A model generated the notes under the pieces. That model saw only the letters and a list, made by a program, of their open reading frames with translations, had not been told where the DNA came from and searched no databases. From Octopus sinensis (taxonomy: Eukaryota): 64,000 nucleotides of DNA. Made by a program: the position numbers and the translations under genes. This document shows, in pieces, positions 13,740-27,072 of this stretch (position 1 is the stretch's first letter; every line of letters begins with the position of its first letter). The DNA is taken from positions 171,616,001-171,680,000 of the forward strand of contig NC_042999.1 of the NCBI RefSeq assembly GCF_006345805.1. The letters are read 5' to 3'.

Positions 13740-14439
13740 ATATGGATTGCATGAACGGTTTCACAAATGTTCAATATGCACAACGCCTGAGACACGGCAC
13801 ACGTCAAGTTGGTAGTCCAGCTCCTCTGAAACATGCTGCTGCATGTCTTGGGTAAGTCTCCAGTGCGGTAGGGATTCTCTGCTCAAGTTCCTTGTCAGGA
13901 AGACGGAGGACATAGACCAAGCCCTTCATATAGCCCCACGTTTGCCCCTTCGCTAATGAAACCCTACAAGTTGTAGCTTCTAGGGTTTCATTAGCAAGCC
14001 TTTCCTCAGGACGCGCCAAACTGTCGTTGGAGGAATATGCGATTCCAGATTTGTTCTTATGAATTTCTTGGGCCTTCGCATGAGTTTTTGGCGAACCCGC
14101 TCAACCGTCTCTTCCGATGTTAGTGATCGTCCGGATCCTTTTGCCTTGCACAGACAGCCTTCATCTTTGAATCTCTTGTGCCATGTCCAAATCTGAATTG
14201 TCGTTGGTGACATTTTAGAGAAGTCTTTCATGCACGCGGCACAGTCTTGTTCAACACACAAAACGCCCTTTCTCTTCCAATGAATGCCATTTCTATACCT
14301 GAAAAGTGAAACATACCAAACTTGAAACATATACTTGTGACCTATTTCTACACATGCTGTTAAAATTTCAAGTAATTTGAACGAGAACTGGCAAAGTTAT
14401 TAGCTTGCGCAATGATATCACTCTATTTGAAACACCCAG
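13740..14439 (-). mobile_element. Internally deleted Tc1/mariner-superfamily transposon
   Basis: N-terminal HTH (WHKRFKDEGCLCKAKGSGRSLTSEETVERVRQ) joined to C-terminus (WGYMKGLVYV..ELEQRIPTALE); catalytic core missing; TIR-like end ctatttgaaacacccag|TA at 14439. Confidence 0.7.
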
Positions 14440-14524
14440 TATATTGTATACTCTTTGCTTGGATTGCACCGCTGGAATTGAATGTTTGACATCCCTGTCA
14501 AGGATTTCGATCCTTACCTCCTAT

Positions 14525-14652
14525 ATATATATATCACGTGATCACGTGACTGACCAGACCATCAGATGTTTTACACATCGCTGGTCACAATGTGTTCGCA
14601 TTGTTTTAGCCTTCGAATGACGCCACCCCGCTGGCTAAGCGAGCAGGCCAGT
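14525..14652 (+). mobile_element. Short interspersed repeat fragment
   Basis: atcacgtgatcacgtgactgaccag..cgaatgacgccaccccgctggctaagcgagcaggcc, recognised as a common cephalopod-type repeat; between TA tracts. Confidence 0.45.
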
Positions 14653-14997
14653 ATATATATATATACATATACTGTGTATTATTACTAGCGAAGAAACACC
14701 TTGAACAATCGAGGAAATTCACAAACTTCAATATAAGCGGGAAGAGTTTTGTTTCATTTTAAAATTTTAGCCACGGGTTCTGAAGTGTAACACATTGTCG
14801 CCGGGACGTTCAGAATATACAAGATCTTTTGCAATGGTTTAAAATACGTGCATGGATAACATTAAGATAGCTTAAAACAGCATTACGGAATTTTGGGCCG
14901 ATGCATTTTGCTGGTAAGTGAAAAGGTAAGTAGTATAAAACAGAAATAAATTTGTGCGGTAAAGGTTGTGAGTCACCAGAAATGCCGTCTATCTATC

Positions 14998-15028
<31 letters not shown>

Positions 15029-15125
15029 CTAAATACATGAATATATACATACATAAATATATACATACATATATATTACACACACAAAAAAAATATATAT
15101 AGATGTATGTACTAGTACTCATATA

Positions 15126-16559
15126 TAGTTGCGGCCAAAATGTTCAGAACGGCTTTGTTTTCTTCAGAAAAGTAAGTATAATTTTTTATCAAAGTTGTTT
15201 CATATTCTATAATTTTCACAGACAATAAATACAATATTAGTTATTATTGTCTGTGATTTTGGTGTAATTTGAGAGGATAATACAAACGTTATGGATGATT
15301 TAGTGATTTACTGCAAAATGAATGGCGGCCAAAATGATCAGAACGGTTGAAAAAATAACAAAATAATCAAAAATGACAAAGGATACTGGAATTATTTAAT
15401 ATTTAGTGTGAAGCCCTTTAAAACCAATCACACTTTGACATCTTCGACTGCATGAGGAAATTAAATTTTCAATTTCTTGCTGGGTGATCTTATTCCATTC
15501 TTCCTGAAGGGCATTCCATAATTGCTCGGTTGTTTTAGGATTTCTGGCTTTCAAACGTTCTCCTAGAATATTCCACATATTTTCAATAGGATTGAGATCT
15601 GGGCTTTGAGCAGGCCAATCCATAACAATAACCTTTTCAGCCTTGAGGAAGTTCATGACCACTTTAGCCTTGTGAGATGGGGCATTGTCCTGCATGAATA
15701 TGGGTGATCGCTTAGTTGAATTTCTCAGCACAGGCAAGGCATGATATTTTATAAGTTGTTTATAAATTCTTGCATTTACCTTTCCATGTAATCGCATCAA
15801 AGGGCCCACACCATCTCCAGATATCATCCTCCAAACCATGACTCTTTCTCCGCCGAATTTAACACTGGTCTTAAGGCATTTAGGCGACAATTTTTCACCT
15901 ACTTTTCGACGAACGTACCTTTTCCCATCTGTGAGCCAAATAAGAAACTTAGATTCATCACTGAAATGCACCGTTTGCCATTTTTCTTGAGACCACAACA
16001 CATGTTCGGTTTCAAAGGTAAGACGACACGTTTTATTCTTGGAGCTGATCAGTGGCTTCACTGCAGGTGCTCTTGCTTGTAGGTCATGTTCAACTAAACG
16101 ACAAGACACAGTTTTTCGAGATAAAGTTTTCTTCAGTACAATGCTCATTTCCCGAGAAACAGCAGCAGCAGTTTTAAATCTGTCCATTTTAACCAACTTT
16201 ACTATTGCACGATCTTCTCTCTTGGTCGTTTTCTTGGCCTACCTGTAGACTTTCTTGCTTCACACGAACCACAATCATCGTAGACCTTAAGAATACCGTG
16301 AACAACACTTTTTGACTTGTTAACAATCTTTGCAATAGACCCAATACTTAAATTATCCTTTTTTCGAAGCTTAATAATCTGCTGACGAATTGGTAACGGA
16401 GTAAGTGGCATTATATTAACAAAGTACACTGCAAATATTCTTACTAATGTTTAGTAAACGAACCGTCACGTAAACAAATGCAAAACATTAGGGTTCGCCG
16501 GTTAAATATACTAAAACACGGAGTAAAAGCAACCGTTCTGATCATTTTGGCCGCAACTG
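15126..16559 (-). mobile_element. Tc1-family DNA transposon, near full length, frameshifted
   Basis: TIRs (C/T)AGTTGCGGCCAAAATG(A/T)TCAGAACG flanked by TA. ORFs 16202-16429 (HTH, GRPRK) and 15396-16196 (FSDESKF, QDNAP, SPDLNPIE); 34 residues counted between the second D and E. Confidence 0.95.
15396..16429 (-). pseudogene. Tc1 DD34E transposase pseudogene
   Basis: Two ORFs in different frames; frameshift near 16200-16250. Confidence 0.9.
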
Positions 16560-17360
16560 TATATATAAATGTATTTAGATATATGTATGTATTTATACTT
16601 CCACATGTTTCTGTATGTATCTATAAATATATACATGTATATATACACACGCGTGTCTCTCTCTTCCTCTGTGTGCGTGCGTATGCATACACACACACAC
16701 ACATACACACACACACATACACACACATATATATATATATATAGATAAATATATATATATATATAATATATATATATTTACATATAATTTTATATATAAG
16801 TGTATATATATATACATACATTTAAACACACATGTATCTATGTATATACATACATATATACATATATAATAAAGAGAGAGAGAGGCAGAGTGAGCGAGAG
16901 AGAGAGAGAGAGGGGGGGAGTGAGAAAAACTAATAGATAGACAGATATGAGTGTGTGTGCTTGTGTATATTTGAAGAAATATGCGAAATTTTTCAGCGTG
17001 TATATCAGCGTGTTTTGTGTAAACACGCTATTCTTTATGTCAGTGCTGACCAGAATCTCATTATAAATCATACATAAAATAAATTTGTCAAGACAGCCGT
17101 TGCCAGAAAGAATTACTTTTACTTCGCCCTTTTCTATTTCATATATTATATCAAAGATCGTATAAAGCAGAATAAAATACATCAAATACTTGACAACTGT
17201 AGCCAATTAAAAAAATTCCAGAAGTCAAAACAAATAATAAAATCTCAAATAAATTTGAATATATACGTAAATACATGCATACATTCATACATACATACAT
17301 ACATACATACATACATACATACATACAACACACACACACACACACCACACACACACACAC

Positions 17361-17395
<35 letters not shown>

Positions 17396-18302
17396 TTATA
17401 CATATCCATATATATATATACTTACATATATATTTATCTATGTATGTATATATATTATATATATATATATATACTCGCACACACATTAAATAACACTGCG
17501 TAAAAACATTTATTATAGATACGTCAATTTTATAGACCAAAGTTTAATTATTTGTAGTTGCTATTTCATTTCAGGGAAACTTTAATAATTAATTATATAA
17601 ATAACATATCAATTGTCCTTTTGTTTACATAAAAACAAACGCATACACTCACACTCAGTCACTCTCCCCCCCACACACACACAGACGCACAAACGCACAC
17701 ATATGCCAATACACATATATACAGTCGTCTATATTACAAGTATTTACGTACCTACAGTTTGACAGGTATACTTACATATATACTTATACATGATTTCGAA
17801 TTTGGACATACAACTTATAGTATGCTGTTTAAAGCCTGTTCACTGTGGTCGGCTACTTCATGTCATTAGCAATATGGATTTAAATACCACTGAATTTATT
17901 ATTGGAATCCCTTCGTGTCCGCAGAGTTTATAGCGTGTATGTGTGTACATATTACCAAATGTATAATAATATACGCTGGATAATTTTACATTGTATGTCG
18001 TTTTACATTTGATTAGATACACCAAGGGAATTTACGACTTGTCAGACACCTTAGATTGTACCAACAACCTACTATTCAACGTTACTCTTGTTTTTGATCA
18101 GCCCCTAGGCGCTAAATATTCATAAGGTTTGTTTTCTCTGTGTATACAACCGGAGTATCTTCTTTGACACCTACCAAATATAGGCCAGAGTCACAGATTT
18201 ATCGAACTCTACGTGGTGCATATCTATCTAACTATTCTATATCTATATCTATCTTTCAATCTATCTATCTATCTGTATGTATATATATATATATATAATA
18301 AA

Positions 18303-19312
18303 AAGTTTTGAATGGTTCGATAATGCCCTATAATACAAACAATAGGTTATATACCTTTTGTTAATTTGGGGCCCCAGTCTATGTATGAGTAGAACTTCCT
18401 TAATTCTTAAATTACCCATTCGCCTCATTTGTTACTGTTACGCTTTTCCGGCATCTGTCTAGATGTTTTCTGAAGGAGGGGGTTTTGTGTTCAGATGGTC
18501 TTTGATACAGACGTGTAACGGTCTTTTTGTGCTACCCAAATATGTTACGTTATATTCTATACGCAACATTTACCCGTTGTCATCAAACTGTGTCACGGAT
18601 GGGACAGTTTCTTAGTGTACATTGATTGTTGTCTCTTGTTCGTTTCTTTATGTGGTGTCGCCTCAGAGAAGGGCCTGAGTGGGCTAGTTGTATGTCTAGC
18701 CCAAATCTTCTTATGGCTCTTCGGATGAATGTAGTTATCCTCTCGCTAAAATGTGGCATTTTAAGGAAGCATATGTTGCTGGGTTTTCTATGTGTTTGGC
18801 GTGTTGGTCGTCTTGGGTAATTAAGCCGATTTACAATGGATCTAGGGCACCCGTTGGTTTTCAATATATCTAGGAAGCGTGTAGTGTGGGTCACCTTGTC
18901 CTCCGTTCTGCTGCACTTAACATGGATGCGTGCAAGTTCATTTCTGGCGTATCCTATTTTGGCACCGAGTAGACGTGCTGAATTGTATTGGACAAACATA
19001 TCTCTACTGGCTGCTTTCCTGTAGAACTCAGCTTGGATCTCCCGTTCTTCCGTTATATTCAGTTTGAAGTCAAGTAGTGATAGCGATTCAGTGATGCCGG
19101 GATGTTCTATAGTGAACTTTCTGTTCATGTCCATGTTACTGAACGTCGTGAATATTCCGTCCGCCTTATCACGGGAGGATGTGAGTATGAAGATGTCATC
19201 TGGAGAAGAAATTTTATTCCGAAATATCATATCATACTATGGGTGACTAAATTACAACAGGTATATAGTCCATTGTTTGTATTATAGTGCATTGTATCAT
19301 TCAAAACTGTTT
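18303..19312 (-). mobile_element. Penelope-like element (RT C-terminus + GIY-YIG), 5'-truncated, with inverted terminal duplication
   Basis: ORF 18583-19230 carries PDDIF, FTIEHP, LSLLDF, FYRK, MPHFSE. Downstream minus strand has ITYLGSTKRPLHVCIKDHLN (GIY-YIG). 18303-18372 is duplicated in inverted orientation at 19251-19312. Confidence 0.85.
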
Positions 19313-19397
19313 ATTCTTTACAAACAATACACAATACTTCAAGCGAACTACAATACTCTCCTATATATATACATATGCATACATACATACATACATA

Positions 19398-20687
19398 CGA
19401 GGGACGTTCAATAAGTAATGCCTCTGACTCATTTGCATTTGTTCGATCTAGCTGAAATTTTGCATGGGCAATTATTTATATCTCTATAGATTAAGTGACA
19501 AATTACAGCTCTAAGCTAATTGTGGTTTCTGATTTACAGGTGTTTGAACTGAGTCAAGTGTGAAATGGAGCCTATTGAGTGTCGAGCAGTGATCCGGTTT
19601 TTGTATTTGAAAGGACGCACACCACAGGAGACTTTTGATGAAATGAAGGAAACTTATGGTGATGATGCCCCATCATATGACCTTGTAAAACGCTGGCATC
19701 GTGAATTCAAACATGGTCGGAGCGCTGTGGAAACAGCTCTCAGATCTGGTCACCCCCTTCTGCCATTGATGAGGCATCTGTCCGTCAGTTGAGGCTGACA
19801 TTTTGGAAGATCGATGCATAACTATTCGCCAAATAGCCCATGAGGTCAAGATTAGTACTGGGTCTGTGGAAACTATCATTCATGACCAATTGCATATGCA
19901 AAAGGTGTCTGCCAGATGGATTCCCAGGTTGCTCATACCTTTCCAGAAGCAAGAACGCGTCGAGTGCTCGAGGATGAATTTGGAGATGTGCCAAGAAGAT
20001 GAGTCAAAATTTTCAAAAGACTGATTACACAGGATGAAACCTGGGTCCATCACTATGATTCAGAGATCAAAGCCCAGTCAATGCAGTGGATGCTCCGTGA
20101 CTCACCTCCTCCAAAGAAGGCAAGGGTGCAGCCCTCCGCTGGCAAGGTCATGCTCACAGTCTTCTGGGACCAGGACGGGGTAGTGATGACAGATTTCCTG
20201 GCAAAGGGTACCACAATTACAGGAGCCTATTATGCTTCACTTTTGAGGAAATTAAGAGAAGCTATCAAAATCAAGAGGTGGGGCAAGCTCAGCAAAGGCA
20301 TCCTCCTCCTGCAGGACAACGCTCCGGTCCACAACTCGCGTGTCGCCAGATCAGAAGCACAGGCGTGCTGCTATGAACTCCTCCCCCATCCCCCCTACGC
20401 TCCTGACCTTGCACCCTCTGGTTTTAACCTCTTCCCAGCCATGAAGTTGTTTTTGAAAGGAAAGCATTTCACAGATGATGCAGCCTTGATTTCTAAAGTC
20501 ACGTCATGGATGGAGGACCAAGCTGGGGTCTTCTACAAAAACGGTCTCCAGCGCTGCATCAAACAATGGGAGAAATGCGTAACTCTGAGTGGTTCCTATG
20601 TAGATAAAGACTAATAACTGTGCCAAGTTTCGTTGCTCTACTTCTATGGGAAGTGGGTCAGGGGCATTACTTATTGAACGCCCCTCG
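19398..20687 (+). mobile_element. mariner element (irritans/Himar1-like), full length 1290 bp, defective
   Basis: TA|CGAGGGACGTTCAATAAGTAATGCC ... GGCATTACTTATTGAACGCCCCTCG|TA. Transposase 19565-20614 in three frames with WIPRLL, QDETW, LQDNAP, HPPYAPDLAPSG. Confidence 0.95.
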
Positions 20688-20711
20688 TACATATATACAT
20701 ATATATATATA

Positions 20712-20753
<42 letters not shown>

Positions 20754-20759
20754 ATTTAT

Positions 20760-20816
<57 letters not shown>

Positions 20817-20817
20817 G

Positions 20818-20868
<51 letters not shown>

Positions 20869-20989
20869 ATACATCAAACGGTATAGTATACTTTAAGCAG
20901 ATATATTGTTGAAAGCCTGCTATAATGCAGTATTCTTCTTCAGAGAGTATCTCATACTGTGATATATCTTTAAAATACATTGCAAAGTG

Positions 20990-21720
20990 AAGAAAAACGG
21001 AAGTACATCACCTACAGCCGAAATTTGCCAAGAAGCCTGTAGCAATTTCAAGTTACGTATTTACCTTTCTCTTAGTTTCATCCGTAGCAAGTATCCACTG
21101 GCATTCTAGGCGAGGTGAAAATCGTTTGCTATCCCATAGATTTAAATATGGGCAGCTAAATCACTGAAGTAGCATTTTACCAGTTGGCTAAATAAAATTT
21201 GTTATCAGTATTAGCTCACAATGGCAACCTGTATGTATTAATTAAAGCATATCTGTTTTTGAAAACTTTCTCTAATGCAGTATTTGTCTGGAGAAGAGCG
21301 CAGTTTAGTAGTCTTTCAACACTTTCGATGTGAGGTCTGTAGATACAAATTCTGGTCGTCTAAGAGACCATAAATATCCATTCAGAAGTCATCGTTTATG
21401 TCTCCATGGAAACAAGATCTACATATTTCCATGTTGCTCCAGAGTGTGAGGCCAAGTTTTCATTGACTTATTCAAGTAAAAATTGTAAAGGAAAGTGAGG
21501 GTAGAGATGGAACCGCTTCCTCCAAGATGTTTTTGTTGAAAGGTAGGAGTATGTGACGAGGTTGGCCTATATAAATGATCCTACTCTGAAATACCCTTTT
21601 AAGCGGGTAGTGTTGAGAAGCGGAGAGGTATCTGCTTGGGGTGCCCTTTACGGTCGGGGTGACCATGATATGATGTGTTCCTCAGTCGGCTCTGGACGGA
21701 AGCCCTCCAATTTTTGTGAT
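20990..21720 (-). mobile_element. Possible degraded RTE-like LINE 5' region (APE N-terminus)
   Basis: Weak by-eye similarity (SPDKYCIRESFQK..YIQVAIVS) to RTE APE N-termini; many stops. Confidence 0.3.
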
Positions 21721-21954
21721 ATTTTATTTGTTTAAATTTTGCTCCAAGAGTTTTTATTGTATACACATTTTTATGTTAAGACCCACTTGCCCCTGTTTTC
21801 TTCTGTCTCTTTTTGTTTGGTGTTCGGCATGTGTGGCCGCTATAGCTAAGATGACCATTGTTGTTGTTGTTGTTATTATTATTATTTTTATTATTATTGT
21901 TGTTGTTGTTATTGTTATTATCATTTTTATTATTAATATTATTATTATTATTAT

Positions 21955-23522
21955 TCAATAGTTTTATTTTTATAGCGTGCTTTCACTTCACTACCGAGCG
22001 CAGAAAGCATTTTTTTTCTTCATGATCTCTGACAACTATATCTGGTCTGTTGGCCTTAATTTCTCTATCTGTGTGTATCGGCATATCCCAGAGTATGGTT
22101 GCTTTCTCGTTTTCTGTGACCTTTTCTGGTGTGTGCCTATACCATCTTTTTTCTGTTGTTATTCCATAATGTTGGCATAGCTTCCAATGTATGTAGGTTC
22201 CAACTCTGTCATGTCTGTGAATATATTCCTTCTTAGCCAGGACTGGGCAGCTAGAGATAATATGATTTATTGTTTCTTGTCCATCTCCACATATTCTGCA
22301 GTTACTTGTAATATTTCTTTTCATTACATGTTTTCGGTAATTTCTGGTGGGGAGGCTTTGGTCTTGTGCTGCAATTAAAAATCCCTTTGTCTCTGCTTTG
22401 AGTCCTGAGCTTCTCAACCATTGCTGGGATTTTTCTTTGTCTATTTCTTTTGCGTTTAGTTTAGTGCAGTATTTACCATGAAGGGGCTTTTCTTGCCATC
22501 GTTTTATCATGGTTCGTTGCTGTTCTAATTTTAGTTTGGATTTCATTTGTTTTATAGCTTTTGTTGTTTCTTCATCTTCTTCTTCTTCTTCTTCGTGTTT
22601 ATTAGGTGGTATGATTTCTTGTTTGTATTTGTCAGCTTCCTTAAATACTGAGAACAGTTTTTTGTTTTGCTCGTGTTTTGCTGCTATCTGGATCAGTTTT
22701 CCTTCCTTCGGAAGTAGGTATTTTTGCAGTCCTATGGTGGTTATTTTGTAGTAGTTTTCCAGCTGTATAAGGCCTCTACCACCTTCTATACGTTGTATAT
22801 ATAGTCTTTCTATGTCAGATTTTGGGTGATTCATCCTAGATCCTGTCGGTATTTTTCTTGTTTTCCTATCTATTTTGGACAGTTCATTTCGTGTCCAGTT
22901 AAGGGTATTGTAGCTGTAACTTATAACTGGGACAGCTAAAGTGTTGATACCTATTATCTTGTTTTTAGCATTGATCTAACTCGTCTATAATATTCTTTTT
23001 TTATTTTCACTTTCATTTGTGTGTGTTGTGTCTTATCTAGTTCATGGATTCCTAAGTATTTGTAAGTTTGGCTTTGGTCTAATTCTTTTATTTCATTGGT
23101 TTTATCTAGTGTGATGTTGTTACTCTTAACTAGTTTTCCTCTTTACATGGTTACTTTGGCGCATTTTTCTAATCCAAATTTCATATCTATTTCTTTGGTA
23201 AATCCATGAACTGTCTTTAATAGTGTTTCCAGCTGTTTGTCATTTGCAGCGTATAATATTAGGTCATCCATATATAAAAGGTGGCTGGTCGTTTGCCGTA
23301 ACATTTATATCCGCATCCAGTTCTATTTAGCATATCAGATAGAGGTGACAGTGCCAAGCAGAAAAGGAGTGGAGAGAGCGTGTCTCCCTGGAATATTCCT
23401 CTTCTAATGGGGATGTCTTTGGTTTTCATGAGTCCCTCTTTTGTTTGGAGGTGTAGGACTGTTTGCCATTTATTCATAGAGTGCTCTATGAATTTTATGA
23501 TTGTTGGTGCTACTTTGTTAAT
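21955..23522 (-). mobile_element. R4/Dong-like RLE LINE, 5'-truncated copy A
   Basis: RT motifs RRGIFQGDTLSPLLF and YMDD, CCHC knuckle CRICGDGQETINHIISSC, RHDRVG, ILWD..ANRPDIVV (PD-(D/E)xK). (ATT)n on both sides. Confidence 0.95.
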
Positions 23523-23639
23523 GGCTAGTTATTAATGGCTTTGTTATTATTATTATTATTATTATTGATATTATTATTATAAGTGTTATTATTACTATTA
23601 ATAATAATAATAATAATGATGATGATGATGATGATGATA

Positions 23640-23727
<88 letters not shown>

Positions 23728-23734
23728 TAATAAT

Positions 23735-23842
23735 AAGGTGTCGACTTGTCAGAATCGTTAGCACGCCGGACCAAAATGTTTAGCCGTTTTTCGTCTGCCG
23801 CTACGTTCTGAGTTCAAATTCCAACGCGATCAACTTTGCTTT
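23735..23842 (+). mobile_element. tRNA-derived SINE 5' part (family A)
   Basis: aaggtgtcgacttgtcagaatcgttagcacgccggac..gttctgagttcaaattcc; joined directly to LINE copy B. Confidence 0.75.
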
Positions 23843-23845
23843 ACA

Positions 23846-24715
23846 TCCATTGCTGGGATTTTTCTTTGTCTATTTCTTTTGCGTTTAGTTTAGTCCAGTA
23901 ATTACCATGAAGGGGCTTTTCTTGCCATCGTTTTATCATGGTTCGTTGCTGTTCTATTTTTAGTTTGGATTTCATTTGTTTTATAGCTTTTGTTGTTTCT
24001 TCATCTTCTTAGTCTTCTTCTTCATATTTATTAGGTGGTATGATTTCTTGTTTGTATTTGTCAGCTTCCTTAAATACTGAGAATAGTTTTTTGTCTTGCT
24101 CGTGTTTTGCTGCTATTTGTATCAGTTTTCCTTCCTTCTGAAGTAGATATTTTTGCAATCCTATGGTGGATATTTTATAGTAGTTTTCCAGTTGTATAAG
24201 GCCTGTACCACCTTCTATACGTTGTATATATAGTCTTTCTATGTCAGATTTTGGGTGATGCATCCTAGATCCTGTCAGTATTTTTCTTGTTTTCCTATCT
24301 ATTTTGGTCAGTTCATTTAGTGTCCAGTTAAGGATATTGTAGCTGTAACTTATAACTGGGACAGCTAAAGTGTTAATACCTATTATCTTGTTTATAGCAT
24401 TGAGCTCTGTTTTTAGTATTGATCTAACTTGTCTATAATATTCTTTTTTTATTTTCTCTTTCATTTGTGTGTGTTGTGTCTTATCTAGTTCGTGGATTCC
24501 TAAGTATTTGTAAGTTTGGCTTTGGTCTAATTCTTTTGTTTCATTGGTTTTATCTAGTGTGATGGTGCTACTCTTAACTAGTTTTCCTCTTTTCAGGGTT
24601 ACTTTGGCGCATTTTTCTAATCCAAATTTCATATCTATTTCTTTGGTAAATCCACGAACTGTCTTTAATAGTGTTTCCAGCTGTTTGTCATTTGCAGCGT
24701 ATAGTTTTAGGTTAA
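23846..24715 (-). mobile_element. R4/Dong-like RLE LINE copy B (internal segment)
   Basis: ORF 24009-24632 MKFGLEKCAKV..YKYLG..HHPKSDIERLY; closely matches 22417-23260. Confidence 0.95.
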
Positions 24716-24757
24716 TAGTGTTTCCAGGTGTTTGTCATTTGCAACGTATAGTTTTAG

Positions 24758-24795
<38 letters not shown>

Positions 24796-25009
24796 TGCTG
24801 CTCTTGTTCTTAAACATTATGACCATGATCATGGTCTTCACTATCATCATCATCATCATCATCATCATCCACGTTCATGGGAAGTGCTGTATCTCGCTCA
24901 CGTTTGTCATTTGCAGCGTATAGTTTAGGTTAATAGTGTTTCCAGCTGTTTGTCATTTGCAACGTATAGTTTTAAGTTATTATTATTATTAATATTATTA
25001 TTATTATTA

Positions 25010-25063
<54 letters not shown>

Positions 25064-25232
25064 TGCTGCACTTGTTCTTAAACATTATGACCATGATCAT
25101 GGTCTTCACTATCATCATCATCATCATCATCCACGTTCATGGGAACTGCTGTATCTCGCTCACATTTGTCATTTGCAGCGTATAGTTTTAGGTTAATAGT
25201 GTTTCCAGCTGTTTGTCATTTGCAGCGTATCG
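24700..25232. repeat. Complex tandem repeat of LINE junction motif + (ATT)n + ~120-bp unit
   Basis: gtttccagctgtttgtcatttgcagcgtatagttttaggttaatag recurs; the unit actgctgctcttgttcttaaacattatgacc..ccacgttcatggg occurs twice here and once at ~27445. Confidence 0.85.
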
Positions 25233-25233
25233 A

Positions 25234-25545
25234 TTTAGGTTATCTCTTATTATAAAAGGCAGATTTTATCTGCCTCCGTTTGGGAGTTATACAAATCTAC
25301 AATATAGCATTTCTTCAATTACAATTTACCTAGCATTTTTAAGAGTACAATGCATCGCGTCATGCCAGGTCCAGTTTTTAAAATTTAAACACCAATTAAG
25401 AAAAATTTACAGAAAACTCACATTCTGGTGTGTGTGTCAAATGCTTTTCTTAGTCTGGCTTACACCACACGCAAACGCACACACACAGTGGGCAACGAAT
25501 AAAATGAAAGTAAATAGCGACAGAGTGATTTGAGGAAGACTAAAG
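25234..25545 (+). mobile_element. Interspersed repeat with Helitron-like 5' end
   Basis: Starts A|TCTCTTATTATAAAAGGCAG; inverted homolog at 37960-38243; no CTAG 3' end found. Confidence 0.5.
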
Positions 25546-25680
25546 TGAAAGTATTCTGTCTATGACGCTGATAGATACATGAGTAAAATGTATGGGAAGC
25601 TAAGAGCTAGGAGTGAGTGAAAATGTTCTTGGAAGAGAGTAATTAGTAATAAAGTAAACATACACTCATACATACATACA

Positions 25681-25714
<34 letters not shown>

Positions 25715-25984
25715 CATACACACACATACACACACACATACATACACACACACATACATACACACACACATACATACATACACACATACATACATACATA
25801 CATATACATACATACATACATATACATACATACATACACACACACATACACACACAGAGTATTGAAGCTTGAGAACAATCAGATACATTTGCAACACATC
25901 TGTTGAAAATATTATTGTTCACACACATACATATACATATATACATACATACAGACAGACAGATACACACACACACACACACAC

Positions 25985-26428
25985 ACACACATGATCCAGC
26001 ATGGCCACAACCTCAAGGCTGAAACATATAAAAGAATAACAGAATATAAATGTGTGCAAAGTACAAGAAATATTAATGCAGTATATGGGGATTGGACAAT
26101 AAGCGTAAGGCAGTGTCAATGGTGGTTCCAGAAATCCCGAGCCATAAACTACAGCCTAGAAGACGAGCCTCATCCTGAAAGATCTGTAGAACTCGACAAG
26201 GACATCCTGAAAACCCTGGTGGAACAAAATATCATCGTAACTGTTGAGGAACTAGCAGAGAAGCTTGGATTTGGTCATTCAACCATTCATTGACACCTGT
26301 GTGCTATCGGAAAAGTCAGCAAATTGGGTCAATGGGTTCCTCACGAACTTTCCGAGTCTAATTGCATGCAGAGAGTGAATGTATGCTTTTCTTTGCTGTC
26401 ATATCTCACCACTACTGCGCTATGTATA
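25985..26428 (+). mobile_element. mariner transposase N-terminal remnant
   Basis: RNINAVYGDWTISVRQCQWWFQK..LEDEPHPERSVELDKDILKTLVEQN..ELAEKLG..GQWVPHEL; interrupted by the Helitron. Confidence 0.85.
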
Positions 26429-27064
26429 TCTATATATATAAAACTGTAGTGTGTCAGTGTCTGTCCCCTTCGATTTAGATTCCTAACTACTCCCACATTT
26501 TGCGGTACAGTTTAACCAAATTCGGGTAGCTTATAGTCGTGATTCATATCGAGCCCGTCTGAATATTAGCGCGCGTCTACGATGAGTCTACGATTTTAAA
26601 AATAATTTAACATCATTTTTTATTCCATTTTAATGCATAATTTTTCGTGTGTCGATGGCGGCGGAGTTGGCGTCCACGCTCACACCTGCACCTGTGGGGA
26701 AGGGAGTGTAAGGAAATCAACGTCGTAATGCGTTGTCAAGGAGACCAGTGTTCTTTTAGAACAACGACTTCATGGCTTGAAGACACCAAAACAGAAATGT
26801 CTAAGAAAGCGTCTACACGAGTCTACGATTTAAAAAAAAATTTACCATCGTTTTTTTTCCATTTTAATGCATTTTTTCGCTATTATATAAGGGAAGTAAC
26901 TCTCTAAAAATGTCTACGATGAGTCAACGATTTTAAAAAAAATTTACCATCATATTTTTTCCATTTTTAATGCATTTTTTGCTAGTTTTTGGCTATAACT
27001 CTCTAAAAATGCTTATATAGTTATTTCCCTTACAAACCCGAGCAACGCCGGGCGATACTGCTAG
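26429..27064 (+). mobile_element. Non-autonomous Helitron
   Basis: A|TCTATATATATAAA 5' end; subterminal hairpin CCCGAGCAACGCCGGG (27037-27052); CTAG|T 3' end; no TSD; three internal subrepeats. Confidence 0.9.
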
Positions 27065-27072
27065 TTATTATT

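Noticed and set aside
16838-17206. 122-aa minus ORF with a hydrophobic N-terminus; similar ORFs at 30580, 50622 and 51403
   Set aside because: F/I/L/Y richness is expected from AT-rich DNA; no recognisable family or consistent exon chain.
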